A stretch of 64,000 nt of DNA, taken from IMG/VR virus record IMGVR_UViG_3300046318_000491, positions 64,001 through 128,000 of that record. One strand, written 5' to 3'. The translations under genes and the position numbers were made by a program. Source of the stretch: a virus. Each line of letters begins with the position of its first letter. Positions within the stretch are counted from its first letter, which is position 1. A model generated the notes under the pieces. It ran no database searches. It was not told where the DNA came from and worked only from the letters and a program-made list of their open reading frames with translations. This document shows positions 31,001-40,129 of the stretch, in pieces.

Positions 31001-33280
31001 AGAGTACGTGGAGTCAGAGAATGTGACAATTATGTTATCTCCGACAGCCAAGTTGTGGTCATCAGAGATGGCAGTCACTAGATTACCATCGGTGTGGATC
31101 TGCCTAATAGTCGCTTCAACGATTGGCGTGCCGCTAATTCTAGCTTTGGTACGAGTTAAAAGTCCCTTCTTAGGAGACTTCTTGACATCGTAGAAAGGAG
31201 TGGTTGCATCTGCAAGCTTGTAGACAATAGTGTCTCCGTCGCTATTGCCTTTCACGACTACGGAACGGCCGCCATAGATTTTATCTGTAGCCGCGTCGGT
31301 GAAGTTCACCTTTACGGTGTCGCCAACGCGGAACACGTGACGATCAACCGTATTCACGTAGACAGTGCCGGCTCGGTCTTTAGTAGAGATACCGGTGTCA
31401 TACTCAAGCGACGCAATTTGCGCGGTTGAGTCAGGTTCTGCGAGATTAACTGTAGAGAGTTGATCATAGCCTGGATCCATAGTAATCCACGAGGTACCGT
31501 AAACCGAAGCAGTAGAGCCGCTAACTGATGTTTTAGCGATATCAGCATCAATATTTTTAATAAAAGATAGGGTCCACTGAGAAGAACTCTCGTTTGCAGG
31601 AGTAACCTTTTCAATCTGATGGGTGCCCTTAATGACAGAGTTGGTAGAAGTTACGGTTATAAACTCGCTCTCCAAAATATCTGGATCTTCATTGAAGTAG
31701 AGCAAAACAGTATTATCGTCGCCATCTGCTTCGTAGGCAACAATAGTCTTTGGGGTACCTTGGTCCGAGTCAATAACAATGTTGTAGCCATCGTAAAGAG
31801 GTGTAGGCCAGTTAATAGCGTCAACGCCAGAAATTTTAATTCTATCTCCAGCACCGTACCCATGGCTGTCTCGAGGATATAGCTTCAGCTGAGTCCTAGG
31901 AGTAGCTAGAGCTACGGTGTTATTCTTTGGAACCTTAGTAGCCGTCTTAGGGATATCGTAAGCACTAGAGGTATATTTAGGGTCTAGGAATTGGATGCTA
32001 TATCCGCTGGCCACGTTGGTGATATTCATGTTGTTGTCACCAGTGGAGCTCCAGTCCATAGTGTTGACAACCTTGCCACCAATAGTTCTCTGAACCGGCG
32101 CGGCATTAGCGATTTTAACTGCCACTACATCATTTTTTATGAATCGGTGTCTGGTTTTAAACCATAGCGTAACTATTCCGCTAGAGCGTTGAACATACGT
32201 GACCTGTACTGGAGAGCTGCTGATAATCTCGCGATACTGAATTTTGTCTTTAATTATTTCTACAGTAGTATAGGACTTATTCTCGACTGGAAGAATGCTA
32301 ATTCTATCGTCTGCACTGACTCGGTTTGCAATCTTTACTTTAAAGGTGTATAGGGTAGGAGTATCACTTACAACAAATTCACCAAATAAAACATCATCAA
32401 TATTTGCAAGATTGACAGTTTGTCCTTTGGCAAGTTTATGGACCTTAGATGTTGTTATCGTAGCCTCGCCGGTATAGGTTCCGGTAGATGTAATTGAGTA
32501 CCCAACTACGCTGACTGCTTTAGCGATTCCCGGAGCCAAAATTTCGTTTGGGAAATCAATGTCAATAAAGTCCTCGAAAGCGTTATTGATAAGCTCTCGA
32601 ACATACTCGTATGTATCTGCACGAAGAGAAACTCCAACATTGCTGTAAGCAGAGATTCTTGGCTTAGGTATGGCGGTTAGATTTATGTAGAACCCGGAGA
32701 TGGTGGGGTCAGACGGGGCCGAAGGGGTAGTAGTTGTACTAAGAATAGAGTAAGGGCCATTGAACTTAGTAACAGCTCTGTCTTTAAAAACAACGTAAGC
32801 CATGTTGCTGTTGCCATTTTGGTCTTTAACTGGTGGCGGACTTTTCATCGTGCGGTCTACAATGCTTACATACGCAAAGCCAGCATCCTTAGTGACTTCA
32901 CCAGTAAAGTTTGAAGAGTAAGTTTTCCAAACTAGGCGGTGGTTCAGGTAACTAGTAAATTCTGAAGCCGAGACAGTTAAGCTTCTGGAGACTAAATCGT
33001 AACTACGGCCCCAGATGATGCCGCCCCAGACGCATACGTTGTCGCGCACAACGTACAGAGCTGTCTTGCCTGGTAAAGTTGTTTTATATAGGTCCAGGTT
33101 ATTTGTTTGGCCTGAAATTGTAATGCGACCGTCAAAAGTTCCGGCCTGCTTTAAGGCAAGCTCGTAAGAAACGTCTTCAAAAGGAATTTCACCAATTACG
33201 GTATTAGACATAATATCTACCGTGTAGTACTTGTAGCGTACAGCAGTAGCACTAGTTACTGGCATCAAGCTGTCGGGCAT
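28082..33280 (-). CDS. Baseplate hub / minor tail protein (ReqiPepy6 gp37-like) expanded by many inserted beta domains
   Basis: N-terminal IGEIPF...L...G.F.G...VWGGIIW; C-terminal FEYPGNI...ATRV...GWPLL...PGDW; about 11 H.[FL]..GD.V-like repeats between. Confidence 0.75.
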   Translation of the reverse strand: MPDSLMPVTSATAVRYKYYTVDIMSNTVIGEIPFEDVSYELALKQAGTFDGRITISGQTNNLDLYKTTLPGKTALYVVRDNVCVWGGIIWGRSYDLVSRSLTVSASEFTSYLNHRLVWKTYSSNFTGEVTKDAGFAYVSIVDRTMKSPPPVKDQNGNSNMAYVVFKDRAVTKFNGPYSILSTTTTPSAPSDPTISGFYINLTAIPKPRISAYSNVGVSLRADTYEYVRELINNAFEDFIDIDFPNEILAPGIAKAVSVVGYSITSTGTYTGEATITTSKVHKLAKGQTVNLANIDDVLFGEFVVSDTPTLYTFKVKIANRVSADDRISILPVENKSYTTVEIIKDKIQYREIISSSPVQVTYVQRSSGIVTLWFKTRHRFIKNDVVAVKIANAAPVQRTIGGKVVNTMDWSSTGDNNMNITNVASGYSIQFLDPKYTSSAYDIPKTATKVPKNNTVALATPRTQLKLYPRDSHGYGAGDRIKISGVDAINWPTPLYDGYNIVIDSDQGTPKTIVAYEADGDDNTVLLYFNEDPDILESEFITVTSTNSVIKGTHQIEKVTPANESSSQWTLSFIKNIDADIAKTSVSGSTASVYGTSWITMDPGYDQLSTVNLAEPDSTAQIASLEYDTGISTKDRAGTVYVNTVDRHVFRVGDTVKVNFTDAATDKIYGGRSVVVKGNSDGDTIVYKLADATTPFYDVKKSPKKGLLTRTKARISGTPIVEATIRQIHTDGNLVTAISDDHNLAVGDNIIVTFSDSTYSNYDSNGGTVKIIEATENTFKYYVPGDIDVSSEVIVRNISFPKTKNKVDKATSPYTVVTRVVTDNFIADSAEQGNEDTEQTFAVSIGSIQTEMNATGDDYVVFTTTGANATNFSIGDSVTIEGLPDQSSDQPSVVEAKNLAPYKIEFKCTNVKKKTGVARMYLDVNPELAKTSKVVLSGFTSQKALGTSGSSKQKNKVITINMWGLQGTTTGTRTVAVKPIVDTYLKNKKFKADEYTLGYGTLRGSTGIPLNYYIDVPCDGKYSISWTWDSAKSTSSTPLATRHGSDKGNVYMGAHTDPSKISAKQIVKYSVYNDTGVIKKMTTNKETFWVKTTQSVAIPANTPVSGFNVTATVKKKITAVFNKNGPSTASPEVFVGDTFKISGLKDSGTNKYSIFNGKDMQVLKVVKDPSTESPTGQERWTDITLRSPHKVLHAFDPKPFVYPNSQVKATSSHNVAGVAVLDYGSISSETRDITALARASSSVATLTSPGHGLAVGDWVNVWTYGKNTLSLNGNNEPIQITSVPSEDTLTYTVPGSDSVEVSHYSIAKNTTKTTVTLTVATGYYHRFVVGDTIELSSFPSAVSSQLTGTAILVTATPRTLSFIKTVTLPTTKTKALASTGTVTLSTAASITDVADETAIGVILPSPMISREPIAFTRTYGEYSQSANLGGVEFSTSLYSALNSKNTPLRGSDLVNLGQHLEEYSNTITGFDYRIDCELYIDPTTGNKKFKRIFRLIPLYPASLTKYINSLPLQDDPYNPNGNRPQDRKPGLAPGQSAPPIAFGADKVVFEYPGNISNISFAENAENSATRVFVSSANGQAGGGDAAYSGAVSEDLLADGWPLLDKAEKADWPLIGNDKTNIDSWGNYDSELDLYRTAKRFAYESKPPAGNFIITVNGSLNPVVGSYSPGDWCSIIVNDDFVKHRLESTLEPRKDVIVRKIDSVKVTVPNNPAFPEQIDLAIVTDWQVDRIGE

Positions 33281-33312
33281 GGGTATCCTTAACGTCTATC
33301 GTCTTTATAAGA

Positions 33313-33323
33313 CTATTTTACCC
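33313..33323 (-). promoter_or_regulatory. GGGTAAAATAG phage promoter motif overlapping the Dit stop
   Basis: Identical 11-mer to the 7578 site. Confidence 0.45.
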
Positions 33324-34715
33324 TATCCAGCCGGAGCGGTATTGCAGTGTCATAGTACCGGTCCCGCCAGTTTTATTAAGCACAACCGTGTTACCACCAG
33401 GAGTGAATTTAATCCAGTCTACGGTAGCATCCAGCATTGACCGAGACTCGTCTGGAACGCCGCGGTACGTCGTGGAGTTATTATATGTGTCAATTACCAA
33501 GGTGTCCGTTGAAGCTAAAGTTACCGTACCACTGCCGCTAGCTGAAGTCACCTGCTTAGATACCGTACCGCCATATCCCGTAGGTTGATTAGATATGACC
33601 TTAGCTGCGGTAAAAGTGGTAGTTGTGGGCACGGTCGATATCGTATATTGGCCATCTAAAAGCGGATTACTGGAGCCAGAAATGTAAACGACAGCATTAG
33701 CTAATAACCCATGAGCTGAAGATGTTGTTACGGTAGCAACGTTAGTAGTGTGACTAATAAAGGTAATGTTTACTAGCGGCTTGACATAGCTAATGCTTTC
33801 AGGGGTGGTCTCTGTAATTGTAGCGTTAGATATATTGTAATCAGTGCCCGCCAAAGTAACGGTCACGGAGTCGCCTACAAAGAACCCATGAGAAGGGATT
33901 GTCAGCTTAGCCACACCGCTTTGAAGCTGTTTGCTGGTCACGCCAGTGGTAGTGAAGGTGGTAGATCTAAGATCTTTAATAACTTTAATACGCTGAACCG
34001 GACCGCCATTTGTAGACGTAATATAGGCAGGGGCAGTGATAGGACCGGTTAGGGTGATTAGTGTAGATACAGGAGCATTTCCAAAATTATTAAAATACGT
34101 ACCAGAACTAGTTACCGATTCTCCATCGTACCCTGCCGTATACCCTGGCCCGGGAGTTTCTGGGCCGTCCCAACTGTATTTGAGAGGGTCACCAGCTTTA
34201 AGCTGGACTTCAAAGTCGATTCGACCACGCGGGCTAACGTTAGAGATTAGTGGCTGGCCAGAAAGACGAACATACATAGCAGTTTTGTTTGGGTACTCAT
34301 CGACAAACAGCCAAGCACCGGTATACACCAAATTAATAGCATCTAGAAGTCGCCTTCTGGCATACTGCGTTACGTAGGCATCCGGCACTAGGACCGATCC
34401 TTTAAGCGTGACAACTTTCGCGGTCCATCGGCCGCGCACATCATACGAGCCATCATCTAGGCCACGAGGAATGTCGGGAATCTCTACGTTAGAAGCATTC
34501 CACCAGCCATCAATATCAGTACATACCCAAACAAGATCGACGCTCTTCGTAAGCCCCGTCTCCGGATTAAAGACTGAAGCAGTTTCAATGGTGTTCAGGG
34601 TAAGGCCATTAAGCCTAATATCTGCTTTAAGTTTTAGACCTTCAATAAAGGGGCGAGGTACTTTACTTAAGCCAATATTTACGGCCTTATTTTCTTGACT
34701 CTGACTGTACGCCAT
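33318..34715 (-). CDS. Distal tail protein (Dit-like) with inserted domains
   Basis: Follows tape measure; IDGWW...PR..DG; LKAGDPLKY; N.GNAP; PGGN...YRSGW. Confidence 0.8.
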   Translation of the reverse strand: MAYSQSQENKAVNIGLSKVPRPFIEGLKLKADIRLNGLTLNTIETASVFNPETGLTKSVDLVWVCTDIDGWWNASNVEIPDIPRGLDDGSYDVRGRWTAKVVTLKGSVLVPDAYVTQYARRRLLDAINLVYTGAWLFVDEYPNKTAMYVRLSGQPLISNVSPRGRIDFEVQLKAGDPLKYSWDGPETPGPGYTAGYDGESVTSSGTYFNNFGNAPVSTLITLTGPITAPAYITSTNGGPVQRIKVIKDLRSTTFTTTGVTSKQLQSGVAKLTIPSHGFFVGDSVTVTLAGTDYNISNATITETTPESISYVKPLVNITFISHTTNVATVTTSSAHGLLANAVVYISGSSNPLLDGQYTISTVPTTTTFTAAKVISNQPTGYGGTVSKQVTSASGSGTVTLASTDTLVIDTYNNSTTYRGVPDESRSMLDATVDWIKFTPGGNTVVLNKTGGTGTMTLQYRSGWIG

Positions 34716-37700
34716 TAGACAGATGCTCCCTTACGCATTTCAAACTGTAGTCGGTTAGCCACTAGTGTAGCAATCTCGTACTCACTCATGCCTGGAGCTG
34801 CATTTACTGAAATATTAATTCCAGGACCAGACACGCTCTGACCGGCATTGATTGCTCTCAGTAGCTCCAAGTTCTTTGCCGTAGAAGCAGCGTTAACTAC
34901 ATATTCTCCGTTAGATAACATAGCCGGGATCATGTCCGAGCGAGGACCTCCAGGACCTGAAACAGGACCGCCAGATCCGTCAGCAAAACGAGCAATGCCG
35001 CCATCAGCAAACTGACGAACTCTTCCTATCAAACCGCCATCGGCCTTTTTAGTAGTGATAACGTACGTAGTTGCGCCCATTGCTTTTTCAAAATCTGACT
35101 TTAGGTTTGCAATACTTGACTTGTCCCAGACGCCCTTGATGTTTACTTCAGCCGCGACGTCCTTAGTTCCTAGCTTGCTCTGCTCGGCAATAAGCTGATC
35201 AATTGTGATGCCAGCCTCTTCGGCAATTTCAGAAATACTCTTAACACCGGCGGTTATGCTTCCAGAGTAGTAGTTGTATAAGGTGCCCTGTCCTTGGAAC
35301 TTTCTGCTTATAAGATTACTTAGGGCACGAGGGTCAGTTACAGCAGCAGCTACTGCGGTGGCCTTCTTTTGCGCTTCAGCCGCCTTGACCACCTGATCCT
35401 GATAAGTCTTTAGGGCCTTTTCATTAACCTTAAGCGAGTTGCCAGTACCGGTAACAAGGGAAGCAACTAGGGCTGATCCACCCTTACCCATGGCAACTAG
35501 CTCGTTAAGTGCACCCTGGGACATCTTCTTAGAAAGAAGAGCGATGTTTTTCGACCATGCAGCTAGATCTCTTTGCTGCTTTAGTAGGTCATCTTTGTAT
35601 TTGTTTAAGCTAAATCCGGCGTCTCCGGATGCAGTAACTACTACGTCAGAGTACTTTTTAAGATCTTCAGCGCTTTGCTCTAGAGGTCCCTTAACATCAA
35701 TAAAGGTCTGAACAGCATCTCTCATTGTCTGGTTGAACTTAGCACGTTCAGCTCTAGCCTTAGCTAGTAGGTATGACCCTTCACCTAATGCATAGTCGAG
35801 ACGCTTCTGAGCATTAACAGTGCCATCTGCGTTGTAAATAGTATCGCCGAGAGCTTTAGCCTGAGCCTCTAGAGACTTAGTCATATCTTCGCTGGCGTCA
35901 AGCATTCCAAGAGTGGCTTCTTTGCTCATACCCTGGGTGACAACCAAGTTTCTATAGTTGCGCTGGATTTCCGGAAGACTCTTTTTTGCGATTTTAGCTA
36001 AAGTGTCTCCGTAAGACTTAAACGCTGCAGTGGCTGCAGTTACTGCAGTAGCAGCAGCTTCTTCCTGCACGATCTGTTGAGCAGATACCCACTCGCCATT
36101 GTGAGCCGCCATCTCGGCGGCTGTCTCGGCACGCTCTTTAGCTAGAGTTGCATATAGGCCGTTGACCTGGCTCATATCTTGTATAGATGCCTTCTCGGCA
36201 TCAGTAACTGTTAGCAACGCGTTAGCCCACTGCGATGAGGCGTCAGCTGCAGATAGAGTGTGCTTAGCTGCGTCCCTAAATGATCCGCTAAGGGCTGTAA
36301 CTGATTTTTTAACACGATCGGCGTTGATTGCTGCAGTAATTCCAATAGCTGCCGCGATAGCCGCACCGACTGCAACAATTGCAAGGATAGCTAAGCCTAT
36401 AGGGCCAGTAATAGCGGTCCACATGGCGGAGGCGATGGCAGTTACTCCAGCCATAGTTCCGCCAAGGCCAATGTAGGAAGCTCCTAGGCCAGTGTTCGAG
36501 GCGATTACAACACCATTAGCAATGCTTTCACCGTATTTTTTAGCTACTAGCACTGCTTGAATAGCTGACATGACCTTCATGGCTGCCATGACGGTGCCAA
36601 AACCAATCATGTAGACCTTCTTAAATAGAAGGCCCAGCGTGATCAGTGCGCCCATCCCACCGATGATCGGACCAAGAACTTGCATAAGCGGCTGAATAGA
36701 TTTTAGGAATCCTGCCATAGCCTTAAAGACACCGCTAATAATTTCTAGGTATGTCTTTATCTGTCCGGAGTCTGTAAACGACGCGGCGATCTCTGCAACT
36801 GATACGAGTATCTCGGCAAGAATTGGTCCAGTACCGGCTGCCGCCATAATAATCTGTCGGAGAGAGTCTTGCCCCTGAGATAGAGTATCCCAGAACAACT
36901 TGACATCAGGAGAAGTTCCTAAATCCTTAAGCACGCTGAAGAAGCCAGCGAATGCGTTAGTAATGGCTAGGGTGTTTTCAGCAGTTGCTTTGAAGTATGC
37001 CTTAGAGCTAAATTCTCCCGCTGCGGTGCCCAGTTCGCGCATCCACTTACTAGAGGCTTTAAGTTGCTCGACTAGCATGTAGCCGCCAGTACCAGGTCCA
37101 GTATTTGCCTTAATCATAGCCTTTAGGCCAGCGAATACATTGCCGATTATAGAGCCAAACATAGCTGCCGTTTGGGCAGCTTTTTTAAAGTAAGCACTAA
37201 TGTTTGCAAAGTTGCCAGCAAGGTTTTTGGCCATGTTGGTAGTTGATGTAGATAGGAAGTCTCTAAACATATTAAAGACTGGAGACGTTGCCCTATAGAG
37301 GGTTAAGAATGACTTAATTAGGTTACCAAAAATGGTTCCCAGAGCCATTACGGTCTTGCTTGTTCCAATAAATATGTCTCGGATTCCGGCCAAACTCGTT
37401 GGGTTAAATAGCGAGTTACCTAGACGCGAAGATGCTTCACCTAACGCTTGGCCAACTTGTTTGTAGCCCTGGATAAGCATCGTAAATGCGCCAGAGCTGA
37501 ACATTTTCTGTATCTGAGTCTGAAGTACCGGTAGGAAGCTGCCAGCGGCGGCTTCATTAAGGCCCTTTAGTTGCTTTTGTATAGAAACTAGATACTGAGC
37601 AAACTCTTTCTGGCTTTTAGTTAGCCCGGCATATGGGTCAGTGCCAGTTTTACCTTTTTTCTTAGGGTTCTTTTTTTCGTCTTCGAGGTCTTTAGATCGA

Positions 37701-38359
37701 TCCAAGGCTCGGCGATATGCTAAATCTGCTTGTCTATACGCAAGCTCTGCTTCTCGTCTAGCTCTATTATCTGGAGGAAGGTTCTGAACACGAGCAAGAT
37801 TCTCTCTAGCTTTTTCTAGGGCTAGAGCAGCATCCTCCTCTTTAAGGGCAGCTTCTTCGGCATCAAATGCTAGTTGCTGCATTTCTTCACGAAGGTCTTT
37901 TACAGTTTTAGTCGTGCTAGTATTTGCCTTACCGGCAGCAGCTACCGCCTGCGATACACCACTAAATGCTGCCTTACCAACTAAGGTAGCGACCTTAATC
38001 TGAGCCATAGCGTTAGCTAGGATAATACCCGTGGAAGCAGCGCCGCCAGCTGCGCCTACGAAGGCACCTAAGCCGCCGACTAAAGAGCTTAGGGACTGAG
38101 CCAAAGCCATAACCCCGGACTGTACGTAGTAGCTACTACGGATCATCTTGTGGAATGACTTAGAGACATCCTGGGATGTCCTAGCAAACTCGCTGCGAGC
38201 AGACTTACCAAAGCTATCGGTAAACTCTTGCGCTATATCTTTTCCAGCACGCTTTGTTGACGAGCGTGTACGGGAGTTATTGAGACCATCCTCAATATCT
38301 TTGGCAACACCAGAGGTTATCGCTTTAACGATAATCTCGGCTGATCCTACTACTGCCAT
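34715..38359 (-). CDS. Tape measure protein
   Basis: MAVVGSAEIIVKA start, Ala-rich helical body, hydrophobic segments, C-terminal FADGG..GPG..RSD.IPAMLSNGEYV. Confidence 0.93.
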   Translation of the reverse strand: MAVVGSAEIIVKAITSGVAKDIEDGLNNSRTRSSTKRAGKDIAQEFTDSFGKSARSEFARTSQDVSKSFHKMIRSSYYVQSGVMALAQSLSSLVGGLGAFVGAAGGAASTGIILANAMAQIKVATLVGKAAFSGVSQAVAAAGKANTSTTKTVKDLREEMQQLAFDAEEAALKEEDAALALEKARENLARVQNLPPDNRARREAELAYRQADLAYRRALDRSKDLEDEKKNPKKKGKTGTDPYAGLTKSQKEFAQYLVSIQKQLKGLNEAAAGSFLPVLQTQIQKMFSSGAFTMLIQGYKQVGQALGEASSRLGNSLFNPTSLAGIRDIFIGTSKTVMALGTIFGNLIKSFLTLYRATSPVFNMFRDFLSTSTTNMAKNLAGNFANISAYFKKAAQTAAMFGSIIGNVFAGLKAMIKANTGPGTGGYMLVEQLKASSKWMRELGTAAGEFSSKAYFKATAENTLAITNAFAGFFSVLKDLGTSPDVKLFWDTLSQGQDSLRQIIMAAAGTGPILAEILVSVAEIAASFTDSGQIKTYLEIISGVFKAMAGFLKSIQPLMQVLGPIIGGMGALITLGLLFKKVYMIGFGTVMAAMKVMSAIQAVLVAKKYGESIANGVVIASNTGLGASYIGLGGTMAGVTAIASAMWTAITGPIGLAILAIVAVGAAIAAAIGITAAINADRVKKSVTALSGSFRDAAKHTLSAADASSQWANALLTVTDAEKASIQDMSQVNGLYATLAKERAETAAEMAAHNGEWVSAQQIVQEEAAATAVTAATAAFKSYGDTLAKIAKKSLPEIQRNYRNLVVTQGMSKEATLGMLDASEDMTKSLEAQAKALGDTIYNADGTVNAQKRLDYALGEGSYLLAKARAERAKFNQTMRDAVQTFIDVKGPLEQSAEDLKKYSDVVVTASGDAGFSLNKYKDDLLKQQRDLAAWSKNIALLSKKMSQGALNELVAMGKGGSALVASLVTGTGNSLKVNEKALKTYQDQVVKAAEAQKKATAVAAAVTDPRALSNLISRKFQGQGTLYNYYSGSITAGVKSISEIAEEAGITIDQLIAEQSKLGTKDVAAEVNIKGVWDKSSIANLKSDFEKAMGATTYVITTKKADGGLIGRVRQFADGGIARFADGSGGPVSGPGGPRSDMIPAMLSNGEYVVNAASTAKNLELLRAINAGQSVSGPGINISVNAAPGMSEYEIATLVANRLQFEMRKGASV

Positions 38360-38401
38360 ACACGCTCACCTCCTCGGTAGCTAGTTTTAATATTTATTTA
38401 G

Positions 38402-38818
38402 TTATCCAATAGGAGCATCTAGTAGACCGCCAAATGGATTGGAAGACTCTGGATTGAAGTCAGTAGCTGGAACAAAAGGCTTTATTTCTTGACCGTCATA
38501 GTCGTATTCCATTCCGTCGGAATCTGAAGATGACTCTTTTGTCTTTGGTGCAGCGTAGTGGTATTTAGTTTTATATAGACTTTCGAAGACATGTATCCTT
38601 CGAGCGTCCGTCATTTGAGCTTGTTCCACGGTTGAGTAGTTAAAATCTTCCTCGTAGAAATAATGAATGACATCTAGCATGTCAGAGATATCCATCTCCG
38701 AAAGTTTTAAACCATTCACTATTGCTTTTCCGTTAATATAAGGCCAGAGGTCTACTGCCCAGTTGAGGAGCCCTCTGGCTGCGCTTCCGGGCGGTTGCTG
38801 TACGATTCCAAAAGCCAA
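38402..38818 (-). CDS. Tail assembly chaperone, downstream (gpT-like) part, probably reached by -1 frameshift
   Basis: Overlaps the upstream chaperone by 67 nt in the -1 frame; directly precedes tape measure. Confidence 0.6.
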   Translation of the reverse strand: MAFGIVQQPPGSAARGLLNWAVDLWPYINGKAIVNGLKLSEMDISDMLDVIHYFYEEDFNYSTVEQAQMTDARRIHVFESLYKTKYHYAAPKTKESSSDSDGMEYDYDGQEIKPFVPATDFNPESSNPFGGLLDAPIG

Positions 38819-39102
38819 GCAACAATTTCGCTTAGGGTCTCTACAGAAACAACTCGGTCTTTATCCTCTAGAAGAGCGTCAAAACGAGCAAAGCTCTCGT
38901 CTTTCAGAACCTTCTTGAAAAATGTACCAATGGTACGGGCTGATGCAGCAGGGTCATCTGACGAGGCATCTTCAACGATAGAAAGCATAACCTTACCCTG
39001 CATACGCGGGACGCAGTGGAACTCTTCTTCGTATAGTTTAAATGAAAGCGGCTGAGCTTCTTCTGCAGTAGCTCCAGTACCAAAATCCTTGAATCTAGTC
39101 AT
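38752..39102 (-). CDS. Tail assembly chaperone (gpG-like)
   Basis: Position; small acidic helical protein ending WL.E.Y..RP. Confidence 0.75.
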   Translation of the reverse strand: MTRFKDFGTGATAEEAQPLSFKLYEEEFHCVPRMQGKVMLSIVEDASSDDPAASARTIGTFFKKVLKDESFARFDALLEDKDRVVSVETLSEIVAWLLESYSNRPEAQPEGSSTGQ

Positions 39103-39157
39103 CTTGTTATCTTTCTCGCCATAGCGTATAGTGTCGTTTGGTGCAATGCACCTACGT

Positions 39158-39166
39158 CTATTTTAC
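39158..39166 (-). promoter_or_regulatory. GTAAAATAG phage promoter motif
   Basis: Intergenic, upstream of the tail chaperone. Confidence 0.5.
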
Positions 39167-39200
39167 TACAGTGTTATATTGCTTAGTTTGCGAGAAAAAG

Positions 39201-39611
39201 CTACTTCCACCTGAAATGGCGTAACTCTCTAGTGAGGTAAGGGTTAGATTTTGTGCCCGGATGACGGACTGGACCAGGGGTACGGATTACACGCCCCCTA
39301 GAGCCGAAGACTAAGACACCGCCTGCTTCTTTTGGCAGAATTAAATGAGCTCTAGTTCCTTGATGGTGGTCCAAGGCATATGGCACTGTCCAGGAGCCGA
39401 TTTGCATAAACTGGCCGGTAGAATTTCCTTGATGTCTTTTATGGATAGATTTTTGCAATCGTCCAGTCTGATAGCCGACATTAGATTTAGCACCTAGTAC
39501 AGCTTTTTCTCCAGCTATCTCTAGCTCTCTCCATAGTCCGCCGGAGCTAGTATTTAGCTCCCTATGCAACGCTAGTCTGTCTAGCTGCAGATTGACAAAT
39601 TGAAAGTCCAT
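39201..39611 (-). CDS. HK97 gp10-like neck / tail-completion protein
   Basis: TGRLQKSI...YA..HH.GT..H.I.P...V.HPGT..NPYL. Confidence 0.8.
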   Translation of the reverse strand: MDFQFVNLQLDRLALHRELNTSSGGLWRELEIAGEKAVLGAKSNVGYQTGRLQKSIHKRHQGNSTGQFMQIGSWTVPYALDHHQGTRAHLILPKEAGGVLVFGSRGRVIRTPGPVRHPGTKSNPYLTRELRHFRWK

Positions 39612-40117
39612 TATGGAATAGCCATTGTTACGGTCATAGTAGTGGTCTGGAACCCGCCTTCCGGAGCAGAAGCATCAAGGGTGGCAATAACGCCGATACC
39701 GTAACCGGTTTCGTCCCACTGGTCGAGTAGGTTAATTGATTCCATGAGAACCCAAGCATCGTAGGCAAGAGTTTCAGAGGAAACCTGAATCTTTTCTGGT
39801 GATGGTGGACGACCATTTTGACCCACAATCGGGGTCTCGCGGGCGATTTGAATATTTAGAGTTGCGCTACGAGGAACGTGACACCGCTGAGGCTCCCCGA
39901 CCTGGGCACCGGGAGTACCTAGATACATTTGAACAAACGAAACGACTAGCTGCTCGCAGTCAATTGCTGGTTGCCCCATGGTCCAGTATTTGCGCCTAGG
40001 TAGGTTGACGTTATATGACTGAAAAATAGTTTCAACGCGTTCCAATACGCCCTGCATCATGTCACGGAGGTTTGTTGCATCCTCCGACACTCCAGTGAAG
40101 TCAATTTGAGTAGCCAA
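39611..40117 (-). CDS. Putative tail terminator / neck protein
   Basis: Position in the neck module; DCEQL.V and PEGG motifs. Confidence 0.6.
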   Translation of the reverse strand: MATQIDFTGVSEDATNLRDMMQGVLERVETIFQSYNVNLPRRKYWTMGQPAIDCEQLVVSFVQMYLGTPGAQVGEPQRCHVPRSATLNIQIARETPIVGQNGRPPSPEKIQVSSETLAYDAWVLMESINLLDQWDETGYGIGVIATLDASAPEGGFQTTTMTVTMAIP

Positions 40118-40129
40118 TTTCTCTCCTTA

